DNA from: Octopus sinensis
Taxonomy: Eukaryota
DNA length: 64,000 nucleotides
NCBI RefSeq assembly: GCF_006345805.1
Contig: NW_021832712.1
Location: 41,422 to 105,421 of the forward strand
Direction of reading: 5' to 3'
Shown piece by piece: positions 24,901 to 38,666 of this stretch (position 1 is its first letter; each line of letters opens with the position of its first letter). The position numbers were made by a program, and so were the translations under genes. Below the pieces are notes generated by a model. It did not search any database. It was not told the DNA's origin and was given only the letters and a program-made list of their open reading frames with translations.

Positions 24901-27900
24901 GCTTGTCTATATTCATAGATTTGCATAACTGCAAGTCAAATTCAATGGACCTCCGATGTCACCAGAGCACTTATCAAATCAAGGGACACTGGCGAACGAA
25001 AGCCTTTAAAATCATTGAAGAAAAAGCAGGTATGCTGATCTTTTTTACGTAAATTAGCAACTAATTTTGAATCAATATTCCGATTTACTTCGATCAAATG
25101 TGAGTAAACTCCTGAGGCTTAAACTCACGGCAATCATTACAATTGAAATGCATTCAAGAGACATTATCGAACAATTAATCCGAAAAAATATAATGGACTC
25201 GACCTGCTTTGAATGGATGAGTCAACTGAGATTTTACTGGGATAGGGTATTTGGGAAACTTTTCACTATTTTCAGGAAATTGACGATTGTGCGATTAGAC
25301 AGACAAATGCTCAATTTATGTATGGATATGAATATTTAGGAAATAACAAAAAACTTGTCATTACTCCAGTAACCGATAGGCATTTAATTAATTATCATGA
25401 ACTAGATGTTATTTAACCTTCACTACTGCTCTGCATTTCCGTTTGGGGGGACTCCCGAAGGGGCCCGCAGGGACAGGAAAAACGGAAACAATTAAAGACT
25501 TTGGCGGAGCAATGGGCTATTATGTTATTGTAGTAAATTGTTCTGAAGGACTGGATTACAAGTCGATGGGAAAAATGTTTTCCGGTCTTGCCCAAGTATA
25601 TTAAAAGGATTTTAATGCTTAGACCGGAGCCTGGGGATGTTTTGATGAATTTAACAGAATTAATATTGAAGTACTTTCTGTGGTAGCTCAACAAATACTT
25701 TCTATTTTTTCTGCCCTAAGGATCCAAGTCAAGCGCTTTGTTTTTGAAGGTCGAGAAATACCTCTCCAAGGTTCTTGTGCTGTGTTCGTAACAATGAATC
25801 CAGGTAGTATGTACTGAAATTGTAATAAACGTTAGAGTACTCGAACAGAGTGACACTTCCAGATAACCTCAAGTCCATGTTTAGGCCGATTGCAATGATT
25901 GTTCCTGACTTTTTGCTTATTTCAGAAACCATATTATTTTTAGAAGGCTTCAACAATAATAAGGTTTGCCTGGAATTGATAACGCAAAGATATTGGCCAA
26001 GAAGGTCTATTCACTATATCAGAATGCAGTTCAGCAACTGTCTAACAAAGAGCATTACGATTTTGGTCTACGATCAATTGTTACTGTCCTCAAATATGCA
26101 GGACAACAGCGGATACAATACCCAAATTTAAGTGAAGAAGAAGTAGGCAACTTTGAAAAATCATTAGGTAATACTACTGTCGTTGAAAAATATGAATTCT
26201 GCAAAACTTGTGTCCGATGACCTGCCAATTTTCAACATGATTCTCCGCGATCTATTTCCTTCAATCGAGATTCCACATGTCAGTTATGAAACGGTTTTTA
26301 TTTTTACAATTTTACTACCAGTTTGAAAATTTAGTTAGAAAAGAGCTCGTCAAGCATAATCTGCAAGTGACAAAGTACAACGTTAGCAAAGTCGTCCAAC
26401 TTCATGAAACCAAAAAATCACGACATGCCACTATGCTCATTGGGGCTTCTCTCTCAGGCAAGTCGACGACATTAAAAATACTACGAGAAACCATAAATAC
26501 GTTAAATAAAGAAACAAATGAATCATATTCAAAAATTTTGGTACTATTATTTTTTAATGTCAGAAACACGTCATTAACCCAAAATCACTTACTCTTGATG
26601 AAATGTTTGGATATTTTGATCAAAACTCGAATCAATGGACAGATGGTATTCTATCATCTGTGATACGTAACGTTTGTTCTGGTTGTAGTAAAATTTTAAA
26701 ATTTACATACTAAAAGATGAAAAAAATTACGAAAAGTGGATCATATTTGATGGGCCGGTCGATAGTTCATGGATAGAAAGCTTAAATTCTTTAATGGATG
26801 ACAACAAAATCTTAACACTCATAAACGGAGAACGAATTTTGATGCCAGAAAATGTAAAACATTTAAAAACTGAGCTCATAGGTTTCTTTGATATTTGAAG
26901 TCGACTCATTAAAAGTAGCAACGCCATCGACTGTCTCGAGATGTGGAATGGTCTACCATGATACTGAAATGCTTGGATGGCGCCCATATCTTGACTCGTG
27001 GCTTGAAAAGAAAAATCACGCGGTTGTTTTTAAAGAAATAAAATTTGATAAAATTAGGAATTTAAAGCAGAATTTATTTCTCTTCATAATAGATTTATTC
27101 CAAAGCTTTTGAAACTCAAAAAACAATCATGCACCGGGGGATTCCATATAAGTGACTTCCACTCGATAATATCATTTTGCACGCTGTTTGATTCTTTTCT
27201 CACATCACTCTACGGAGTAAGATATTTGTTAATCTGTAATTTCAGAATGACATTGAAACCATTGCATCTGACAAAAAACAAATTGAAATGACATTCATAT
27301 TTTGTCTAATTTGGAGTATATGTGCTTCTGTTGGCGAAGACGGCCGAAAGAAAATTGACAACTTTATCAGAGAAATTGACACCTCCATTCCCACAAAAGA
27401 TACAATATATGAATATTACTTCAATCATAAAATAAATTCATGGGTTCACTGGAATGAAAAGCTGAGGTCTTCGTGGAAATATAATCATTCGTACCAATTT
27501 CTTAAACTTCATCTTAGAATACCATTTCATAAAATAGTAGTACCAACCATTGATTCAGTCCGCTATTCCTATGTAATTTCTGAATTGATAAATAATTCAA
27601 AACCGGTTATACTTACTGGGTCCTCTGGATGTGGGAAAACTACGATAATGAAAACTGTATGTGAAGGATTAGAATCATTAGATTTCACATTTTTCAGCAT
27701 CAATTTAGGAGCTCAGGCATTTTTATTTTTATGCCATTGTAGACCACGGCTTATGAACTGCAAAAAATAATTGAAAGTCAGGTTGAGAAACGTACTAAAG
27801 GAGTATACACACCATTTGGAATGAAAAAGATGTTGCTGTTCATTGACGATTTCAACATGCCTGAAAAAGATGGATCTGATTCACAACCTCCTTTGGAACT

Positions 27901-30900
27901 AATTCGACATTGGATTAATTACGGATTTTGGTATGATCAAAAAACTCAGGCAGAGTGCTACATCAAAGTTAATTATTTCCAAAATAAATATAAATTTAGA
28001 ATCTTATTCCATTAAGTGCTATGAGCCTTCCAAATGGAGAAACTACGACAATTTCGCCTCGGCTTCTCAGTCGTTATAATATTCTTAACTTAATTGAGCC
28101 AAATGTATGATTTAATAAATTTTATACAATAATAGGAAGCGCAGATAGAAAAAATATTCGAACCAATCATCAGTCATAAGCTATCATCTTTCAGTGAAGA
28201 CGTCAAGACAATTGGAGAAACAGTCATAAAGGCAACGATCGAGATGTATTCTGCAATTTCTGTAAAATTGTTGCCAACTCCGTCCAAAATGCATTACATG
28301 TTTAACTTGAGAGACATATCACTTGTAAAATTTATCATTAAATAGCAAAAAGGTTTTGCAAGGCGTATTTCGGATAAACAAGGATTCCCACAATAGTAAA
28401 CTCGCAATCACTCGATTGTGGATACACGAATGCTTCAGGTGTCTTGGATTAAAATGTAATTTAATAGAGTTTTTAGCGATCGCCTTGTCGACTCGGATGA
28501 CTACGACGAGTTTATTTCAATATTGTCTGACAAATTGGGAAGCTTGTTTGACATGACTTTTCACAATGTTTGTAACAATCGAAAATCCCCTATTTTTGGT
28601 AAAGAACCTAATTATAAATGTCAAAGTTGATTTTATGAACAAGGACAAAGTATATGAAGATGTTAGAGACATGGAATGTCTCAAGGAGAACTTGTACGAA
28701 CACTTGTCCGTATATAACTCAAAACCCAATGTGTTGAAACAAGATTTAGTTTTATTCGAAGATGCATTAGAACATGGTGATTTTTTATGATAACAATATA
28801 GTTTCCGCAATATCTAGAATTATAAGAGAAATCAATGGACACTGCCTTTTGATAGGTGCAGGGGGATCAGGTCGGAAGAGCCTTTCTAGACTTTCGTCTC
28901 ATATTCTCAATTTTGAAATATTTGAAATTAACTCAAAAGTCACGATAAATCGAAAAGATTTTCATGAAGGTATTTTTTCGATTTCAGATTTTAAGAATTG
29001 AAAAAACTGATAAATTTAGTTGGAATTGAAGATAAGGCGACAGTCTTTATAATCTCTGACACAGACATAGCTGAAGAACTGTTTTTAGAGGATATTAACA
29101 ATCTACTAAAAAGTGGAAATATTCCAACTCTTTATAAATCAGAGGAGCTTGAAGAAGTTTTTAATAAATAGGCGATTTTGTAGATTAGAAATATTATGGA
29201 AGAACCGCTAATTTCGTTAGGAAGAGAAAATAGCATTCAAAATGCATACAAGCTGTTGGTTGAAAGAGCACGAAATAACTTGCATCTCATCATCTGTCTT
29301 AACCCTTTAGATAACACGTTCAGGTATGTTCTTTCGTTCTACTTTTAAATAGACAAAGACTTCGAATGTATCCAAGTATTGTGAGTTGCTGCACCATCAA
29401 GTGGTTTAATGATTGGCCTACCGAAGCACTGAAAGAAATTGCAAATAGATACATCGAAAGCTCAGAAATGGAAAACTATTTAGATGTAGACATATAAAAA
29501 ATACTTAAGACGAAACTTTCAAGCAATATTGTGAACGTGTTTCCGTCTATTCACTGCACAGTCAAACACTACGCTAAAGAGATGATAGGCGACAAAAAAG
29601 GAATAGCATACTCTCCCTCTATTTATCTGGAATTGATAAAAGGATTTAATTCGTTCGAATATATTATACTTATACATCGAAGGCTATTTCATGACAAGTT
29701 GACGGATTTGAGTCGAGAAGCCAACAAGTTGAAGAATGGATTATATAAAATCGACGACACACGATCTAAAGTGTCCGTAATGTCAAAAGAACTTGAAGAA
29801 GCCAAGGAAAATGTTGCTTTATTCCAGAAGCAATGCGACGACTATTTGCTTGTTATTGTACACCAAAGGAGAGAAGCCGACGAACAACAAAAGGTTCTCT
29901 ATTCCAAAATTTAGATTGAACGTAGTTGGTGTCCACAAAAAGTGAAAAAATTCAGGAAGATGAGAAAAAATGTCAGCACATGGCGAATTTGGCACAAAAA
30001 GATTTGAATGAAGTGTTGCCTCTTTTCGAAGAGGCTATAAAAGTCGGCATTATTTACAAATCATAATTAGGCTCTGGATTCTTTAAGCAAAAAAGATATA
30101 ACTGAGATCCGATCGTATGGTAAACCTCCGCCACTTGTCGAGAAGGTTCTAGAGGCTGTGATGATTCTTCGAGGAAATGAAACTTCTTGGGCAGAAGCTA
30201 AAAGACAATTGAGTGCTAACTTTTTATATATCACCTAGGTGATTCAAATTTCATCACACAGCTAAAAAACTTTGATAAGGACAACATTAGTGACCGAGTA
30301 CTCAAAAAAATTGGTGGATATGTCCAGCAAGCGGATTTCCAGCCAGAAATTGTTGGACGTGTATCATTTGCAGCTAAGTCATTGTGTATGTGGGTAAGAT
30401 AGTGATGGAAACAATATTCCTTCAGGTAATAGCAATGGAGGTGTACGGAAAAGTCTATCGAGTCATTGAGCCAAAGAGACAACGATTAAAACTTGCACAA
30501 TCACAGTTAGAACAAAAACAAAATGAACTGGCCGAGGCCGAAGCCAAGCTCCATGAAGTTGAAATCAAAATTGCTGAACTAAAATTCCAATATGACGATA
30601 AACTGAAGCAAAAGGAGGAACTGAAACAAAAAGCTGAGCGACTGGAAACGATGCTTAGTAGAGCGGAAAAACTTGTCAATGGCTTGGCAAATGAAAGAGA
30701 GCGGTGGCAAGTGACAGTCAAGGTGTATTTTGCAATCACTAACTAAAAGGAACTGGACGAAAAAATTAAAAATCTTCCAGGAGATTGCGTCATTTCGAAG
30801 GCTTTCCTTACATATGCGGGACCTTTTTTGTCTCAATACAGAAACAAGATGATTTTCGACGAGTGGATTCCAATAGTAATAGCAATAAAAATATTTTTTA

Positions 30901-33900
30901 GTTAAAAGAAAATAATATCTGCTGCTCGGACAAATTTAGTTTTATTGATTTTATGGCAAATCCGAGTCTTGTCAAAAAATGGAGTTCGCAAAACCTGCCG
31001 AGTGGAGATTTCTCTGTGGAAAATGCCATTCTCATAACAAAAGGAACTAGATGGTCAATTATCATCGATCCGCAATCACAAGCAAATAATTGGATCAAGA
31101 CAATGGAGGAATCAAATGTCAGAATCATCAAATTATATATCTTTAGAATCTAGTCGTCGTTGATTTTCATTCAAAGGACTATATCAATAAAATTGAAAAT
31201 TCTGTTATTTATGGCCATCACGTACTTTTGGAAAACGTGGAAAACACAATCGATCCAATTCTTAACTCGCTATTGTCAAAAACGTATCTAGTAGAAGGTT
31301 AGGAAGTTGTGTGTCACTTAATTAAGGTGGAGTGATCAAAGTAAAAATCACAAAGAAATGTACAGTCAGTCCAAATTTCTTTATGTACGTGACCACAAAA
31401 CTTTCGAACCCTTGTTATTCTCTAGAATTGTTCTCAAAAATGTCATTAGTCAACTTTGGTGTCAAACAGCAGGGTAGTTGATTTTTATTTTCTTGTAGGT
31501 TTGGAGACACAACTACTCGCAATAGTCGTCAGAAAAGAACGACCTGAGTTAGAAGAACAAAAGAACGCCATTGTCCAAAACATAGCCAATGGAAAAAAGA
31601 AACTCCAAGAACTTGAAGATAAAATTTTGATGTTGCCCAAATAATATAAAAATAGGCTCCTAAATGAAACTGAAGGGTCTTTATTGGATGATGAAAACCT
31701 TGTGGAGACCCTTAATAGTTCAAAATCTATTGCATCAGAAGTGACTAACCAACTCAACGTAGCCCAACAGACCGAGGAAAAAATCGATGCAATCAGAGAG
31801 GTAAAGTTCCAGCTCTATACTTAGGGTTATCTACCGTGCGCCCAAAGAGCTTCAATTTTATTTTTTATTCTGAATCAACTGGGCGGGGTAGATCACATGT
31901 ATCAATATTCGCTGGAATCCTATATTTACCTTTTCAACTATTCTATAGAGAAAAGTTCCAGGTCCTCAAAGCTTGAGGAGCGAATTTCGAATCTGAACGA
32001 ATACCACACTTATCTTATTTACAAGTTTGTCGCTGTACCATATTCAGAACAACGTGCCGCGGACTATTCGAGCGACATAAACTACTTTTTTCCTTCCAGA
32101 TCTGCGTAAGAATAATGGAAGCAGCGGGGAAAATTAATATGGATGAATATAACTTTTTCTTACGAGGCGGCGAAGTAAAAATAGTTTATTCACCTTTACA
32201 GTCTATAAACCGTGAACAACAAATGGATAATCCATGTTCCCATTGGCTCCCGGAATCATCGTGGGATCACGCGACGGAATTAGACAAACTTACAAATTTC
32301 CACGGAATTATGTCCTCATTCGAACAATATGGGAAAGACTGGCATCTCTGGTATCAGAGCTCGGAACCAGAGAATCATCAACTTCCTGGTACTAAGGTAT
32401 TTTAAAAATCCAGGTGAGTGGGACAATGCCTGCAATGACTTACAGAAAATGCTGATTATACGGTCAATCCGTCCCGACCGCGTCCCAATATGTGTGGCGT
32501 CGTTCGTAACGAATAATCTTGGATCGAAGTACGTCGAGCCTCCTCCTCTTAACATGCAAGATGTGTTCATCGAATCTCATCCACAAACTCCTTTAATCTT
32601 CATACTGTCTCCCGGAGTTGTTAGTCGTGTTTGAATGAGTCCCTAAACTAGGACCCGACTCAGGCACTCTTACAGATCGCCATAAAATACAATATGGCAA
32701 AAAAATTTCACGCCCTTTCTCTAGGACAAGGACAGTCATCCATTGCCAACAGAATGATCAAAGAAGGCATTAGAGAAGTTAGGTAGATTATATAATTAAA
32801 GGGGCACTGGATATTCCTGGCTAATTGCCACTTATCACTTAGTTGGATGCCAGAACTTGACAAAATTGTGAATGAATTACAGAACACTGAAATACATCCC
32901 AAATTCCGGCTTTGGTTGAGTAGTGCATCTCATTCGTGCTTCCCTATTTCAATTCTACACTACGGGATTAAAATGACTACTGAGTCTCCAAAAGTTTTAT
33001 TGTTAAATCTCTCAACTAAAGGGTCTTAAAGCTAACCTGAAGCGGTTATATAATCTTGTTCGTGAGTCACAAATAAACCGTTGCTCCAAGCCAGAGAAAT
33101 ACCGAATATTGTTGTTTTCGCTCTGTTTCTTCCACGCAGTAATTACGGAACGTAAAAAATTCCTACAAATTGGTTGGAATGTGCCATACCAATTTAATGA
33201 TGCGGACTTTGAGGTATATGATTGATACTTATGAAAGGTTGCCAATGAAATACTAATTGTTCACCTTGAAGAATATTCTACTACACCTTGGGAAGCTCTT
33301 AGACATTTGATCGCGGGAATAACTTATGGTGGTCACGTCACAGACGATTCAGACAGAACCTTGCTAAATACGTACATAAATGAGTATTTCAACGACAACA
33401 TTCTGACTCAAACGAACTATAAGTTGTCTTCTTTGCCGACATACTACGTACCAAAAGACGGACCTCTTAAATCATATCACGAATATATCAACACTCTACC
33501 AAATAACGAACACCCAGAAGTGTTTGGACTACATCTAAATAGCGAAATTCAGTCAGAAATAACTGCTGCAAACCATTTATTTTCCACTCTCCTACTGACA
33601 GAGTCTAAACAATCAGGAGACCATGACGACACGGGAGAGAGCAGAGTCCTTGAAAATATCAACTCTATCAAAAAACAAATTCAAAATAATATTGACATTG
33701 AGGCTGCTCTGAGAATCCGTGAAAACGACAACTTTGTCATTGGTTCTGTGCTAGTTCAGCAGGTGAGGATCTTGGTTAATTTTATTAAGGTCATCGGCTA
33801 TAATAAATTGCTGGATGTTATTAGAACAACGGCACATAAAGTAGAAGAAGGCATTCTTGGTCTCATGTCAATGTCAACGGAATTGGAAGAGATTTTCCAG

Positions 33901-34569
33901 TCAATCTATCATGGAAGGGTCCCGAAATTGTGGGGAAAGGTAACCAAGTTTTTTATTTGATAATCACAGCTTTATCCGTCGAAAAAACCGCTCGCTTCCT
34001 GGATTCGAGATCTTAATGCTCGTGTTCATCACTTTAATACTTGGACAGTCACTTCAAGGACCCCTACAATATTTTTGATCTCGGCATTTATTCACCCTAT
34101 CAGTTTTTTGACCGCTGTCCAGCAATCAAGTGCCCATACGCTCAATGTAGATCATTTTCTTGATTATTAGGTTCCTTTTGACAATTTGATCTCTGAATTC
34201 AACGTCCTCACGATTAGCGACAATGATGTAACAGGATCTCCATCAGAAGGAGTGTTGATCAAGGGGATCCACTTGCAAGGAGCAGGTTGGGACATTAAAA
34301 ACGCAAGTCTGGTGGAACCAGAGCCAATGAAGCTAATTTATAATATGCCTTCTGTACATTTGAAGCACTTGGAAGCAAAGAAGAAAAATTTAAAAGGTTA
34401 TATTCGTGTTTCTTGACTAGTAATTACAGGAATATACCAATGTCCTGTCTATATGACGTCCGATCGTGCTGAAATGCGGGTGTTTGTAATGGACGTTAAA
34501 AGTGGAGATAAAGCAGCCGACCATTGGATTAAAAGGGGAGCAGCAATGATTCTTAATCTTGATGATTAA
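18943..34569 (+). CDS. DNAH2: Axonemal dynein heavy chain, DNAH2 (inner arm I1/f beta) type, full length
   Basis: N-terminal VHWIKQIK..L and P-loops GPAGTGKT (25460s), [25 protein letters not shown]. The stalk coiled coil and C-terminus [16 protein letters not shown] resemble DNAH2 rather than DNAH10. Dozens of 23-32 nt introns. The start ATG at 18943 is inferred by splicing into ORF 19196. Confidence 0.9.
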
Positions 34570-34869
34570 ATAACACAATTTCCTAATAAATTGTTAGTTT
34601 AGTAATTTGTGTAAATATATTTTTAAACAAGATTTGAGTATATTTTATTCTAAACTTATCTAGAACATGACGAGAGAATAGTTAGAGAATCAGATAGATT
34701 GTAATCATGAATTAGTTTTTTTCACAGTTTGCCCATTGTGAATTAAGAGTATTTTTGAGAGACGATGCATTGATCGGCCAGAGTAGTGATAATATGTCTT
34801 TTTTTCTGGAATAGAGATTTTGTGGCATGAAATGATAGATTTGTATTTCGTGAAAAATTTGGAGTCCTC

Positions 34870-36330
34870 TCATCACCAGGTGGTCTTCAACCGGAAGGAT
34901 ATAAGATTCCCAATGAAGTTGATCGATGAAGTGGGGCTAGAACACCAGTTATTATGCAGAGCCCGAGTTTTTGATTCATAGGAGTTTTTGGAGATTTGAT
35001 AGAGACAGGTTCCATAACCATGAGATTGACTGGACGAGGCGGGGTCCGCAAGGGTCCTTCTGGACTTCAAATTTGAATGATAATAGATTTTTTCCAGACC
35101 ATAGGTATTAAACCACAGTTTAGCGATGTTTTGAAAATATCAGTCAGATTTTTTCAGATGGTATATGCAAAGACCATCGGGCCCAATTTTTTTCTACTAT
35201 TTCCTTGTTGAAGCATGGTTTTTGCATTTGGTGGGAATCCTTTCAGCACATATCTTTTATCAGCAGCTAATAGTGTTGATGTGAAGAATTAGATAGCGGA
35301 TTCCAGTGAGTTATGTCCTGACAGAGAAGCCTTTGAAGGCAACTTCAATATCTTGACGATGGGGGAACCATTTCCGGTTGTAATTGATTTAGTTCTTCGA
35401 AAAATGTCCCGAGGTGATAGAGGTAATTTAAATAAAATTGGATTGTGGCCTGATAGGAAATCATGAATCACTCACCAATTTATGCTAAGGCGATTGATGG
35501 GGGGCAGAGGGAAAAATCCGTTGATTGTATTAATGTCGTTTAGACCTTAGATCCACCTTGTGGTGTAAGTGTGGTTGTTCAATATGACTAGATTTTTCAG
35601 TTACGACATTATTGTAGGGTTTGTATTCCTTGGCATTGATTTGAGAGCCATGCTGAATTTTTTTGGCATTTAGGTCACCGATATCAATATATTTTTGATA
35701 GACATGATAGCTTGAATACCCACACCGTTGGTGAGAGAAAATTATTATTATTTTTTAATGCCAAACAGAATCACACGTTTTAAACCATTAACTAACACGT
35801 TCAGGTGATTCCGACACTTCTCAACAGTCGAGCCATCTTTTCACGAGGTCCGACCGTGACCCACACACTTTCTGTATGTACGGTGAATGGTTTGTGGTCC
35901 ATTTTTCACGATCTCCCCATTTGCCTCTACGAGAGACTCCAGTGTTCTATGGACATTTTCCCTATCGGTATGGTCCTTCATAGGTTGATAAATCTTTCTT
36001 GAATTTTTTCGATTTTTAGCCGGTTCGTTGCCGCCAGTCTTATAGCCCCAAGCAGCACATGCATAGCCTATTGTTGGCTCGAATACTGCTTGTAAAGGTC
36101 TCTACCCCTGGCGATAAGTTCTCCACATTTAAAGGAAGGCTTTTACAAATTAATCTTCTTTATACAGGTTGATACGATCTATTCTACGTGAGGTGAAAAA
36201 CAGAGGAAAGTATCAAACGTTATCCAATATCTTCTGTGTTTTCTTTTGTGTATTGGAATTCCGTTCACGTGAACATCAATAGTTTTCGTCCCCCATCTCC
36301 TATTTTTCGTGAATAGTGACTGCGACTTTT
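34870..36330 (-). mobile_element. Degenerate APE-RT LINE fragments (copy 1)
   Basis: The minus strand gives PTIGYACAAWG...KIQERFINL (post-RT), then APE remnants (..HNPILFKL), then GPDG..HLKNLTDIFKTSLNCGLIPMVWKKSII (RT N-terminus), with many frameshifts. Confidence 0.75.
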
Positions 36331-36744
36331 CGGAACATGCATGTGTGTGTGTGAGAGAAAATGAATGTATATCATGGAAATTTGCTCTATCTCTGAAAAA
36401 ATTTATGATTAATTTATTAAGTCTAAAAAAATTCTAATACTTATTTATTTGTTTATCAAATAATGATATAAAAAAATTGATATATTAGTAATACAGTTTC
36501 TCGTTCATCATGTAGTAATATTGGATGATCCCACAAATTCTTAGAATAGCGGGGGTCGTATCCGAAAAACAGAGTTTAAAAACAATCAATAAGAGTAATT
36601 TTTACCAAAAATATAATTTTAAATATTTTTTAATTAAAATATACTTTAAAATGTTTAATTTTAATTTGTTTTTTATTTTTATTAAAAATATTAATTAATA
36701 AAATTGTCTACATTTGTTAGTTAAGTAGATCGTGTGATAATAAT

Positions 36745-36990
36745 ATGGATCCGCCAAGTTATGAGGAAAATATTAAGATACAGTCAGCACCAAAATTGGA
36801 ACAGTCGAATCAGATCATATACGTGGTTTAGACGTCGATTTTTTAATTTAAGGTTTCTCCAGATGCGCAAAGATATTCCTTAAGAATATCCCGGAAGCAA
36901 AAAATATTGTATTTTGTAATCTTCATTTTGGGGTTCATTTCAATTATGACAATTTACATCCTTCGATCTAAAGGTTATGGCCCTTATTAA
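36745..36990 (+). CDS. PPSY-motif single-TM microprotein, paralog A copy 1 (71 aa)
   Basis: Removing one 30-nt GT-AG intron (36823-36852, which holds an in-frame TAG) gives MDPPSYEENIKIQSAPKLEQSNQIIY|VSPDAQRYSLRISRKQKILYFVIFILGFISIMTIYILRSKGYGPY*. Not in the ORF track. Confidence 0.65.
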
Positions 36991-37204
36991 CAATTTTTTC
37001 AAAAAAATGTTTTTTATTTTTTTTCATACACATTTCTTTATATAATCATGGCATACTTCATTAAAAATAAGCTATTAACTAGTCAGTTTCATCTTTGATT
37101 AGTAAACTCGACGCTATCCATATGCTGATATTCATTTCTTCCTTCAGGCATTCAGTCCTATTGCTCTCCGCATGTTGTTTATACCTGAAATTATTAAAAT
37201 TCAC

Positions 37205-37455
37205 ATGGAATGGAACCCCAAGTTACCAAGAAGTAACAATTAGATCCTACAAAAAACAATCCGACTCGTACAGTAAATGAACCAGTTTTATGTGATTCAT
37301 ATTTGTTTTTTATTTAAGATCCAAAATGATGACCAAGATCGCCTCATTTCAATGTATCAAGTGATTCGTCGATTTCTAATTGCGCTTTTTCTTCGCTGGT
37401 TTAGCTATTTGTGTGCTTTTTTTCTCACCGGTCAGATCGCTAATTTTGGTTGAAT
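37205..37455 (+). pseudogene. PPSY-TM microprotein paralog B, frameshifted duplicate of 56714-56969
   Basis: Near-identical to 56714-56969 but with several 1-bp indels (e.g. ATGGAACCCCAAG vs ATGGAACCCCCAAG). Some may be sequencing error. Confidence 0.5.
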
Positions 37456-37549
37456 ATATTGTCTATTTAAAAATCTCCTGTGATATTTTGAGCTTTGTCT
37501 GCGATTTATGCTTTTATTTTGAGTGGCAAAAATTACGAAAATTACGTAA

Positions 37550-38666
37550 AAGATTGTCTTTAACAGACTCTCTGGTCATATAGAGTCACAAAATTTGCTT
37601 TTACCCGAACAATGAGGATTTCGTGGAGGAAGATCCACAGGGGACTGCCTCAGGGAGTTAGAGCACCAATTATCCCGTGCTGACAGAAATGAAGCATGGC
37701 TAACTGTGGTGTGTCTGGATCTGGCCAAAGCCTTCGATAGCGTGTGGCACCTGGGCCTACTCTCCAGAATCCATGACATCGGAGCCGGGATAAAGACCTA
37801 TCGATGGCTGGAGAGCTTCTTGTCAGGAAGACAATCATTTGTCCGCTGTGGAAACCGCCTATCGGGGTGGTGGAACTTAGAAGGGGAGTCCCGCAGGGAT
37901 CTATCTTGAGTCCACTTCTGTTCAACCTCTTCTTGGCGGACATTCCTCTGCCGTCGACACGTACTGGCAAGCTCGTTATCTATGCTGACGATATCCTGGT
38001 CATGGATACCTCGAAAAGGATATCGCAGTCTTGGAGACGACTGAAATCATACATTGCAACGCTAAAGATGTGGACTATAGAGAAGGGTTTTGACCCTAGC
38101 CCGGAGAAGAGCACCATTTCATGGTTGCGGAGAGGGAGTCGCTATGCGGAGTCGTGTGCATATGCGATGAGTAGCTATGTGATGGATCTCCCGAAAAGCA
38201 AAAATCTTTCTTACCTGGGAGCAACCATCAACTGTCGTGGCTCATACGTAGAGCATATAGCAAATCAGAGAAAGAGGAGTGTGAGGATCCTCAAAAGCTT
38301 AACCATGTTCCATCTGGATCCGGAAACGTACATCTACGTATACAAAACGTGTGTGCAGCCAGTCCTCACATATGGCTACGAGGGCTGGTACGGTACGGAG
38401 GAGAGTGACTACCTGATCGAACAGTTGGAAAAGACAAGACGTTTCGCTATGAAATTGGCTTACGGAGTACAACTTGACGGAAGGTTAAAAGACTCACAAG
38501 AATCCTCTGTGCCCACGATCCGGATGGTCTTGGAGAATTGTCGTCAAACATGACTAGTATTGGGGATACGCATGGAAAGAGACACTTCGGTGCCTTGTTT
38601 TTATCTCCCGCCGATGATTTCTTCTTTGTTTTTCTTTGCTCAATAACACTATTCTATTCTATTCTA
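37550..38666 (+). mobile_element. 5'-truncated LINE (RT) insertion with TSD
   Basis: LDLAKAFDSVWH, GVPQGSILSPLLFNLF and YADD motifs (frameshift at ~37870). (ATTCT)3 tail at 38651-38665. TSD AAAATTACGTAA at 37538-37549 and 38667-38678. The empty site is visible at ~57045. Confidence 0.92.

Noticed and set aside
19333-33245. Minus-strand ORFs overlapping DNAH2 (e.g. 19333-19647, 30455-30739, 33012-33245)
   Set aside because: Antisense shadows of dynein exons with no recognisable domains.
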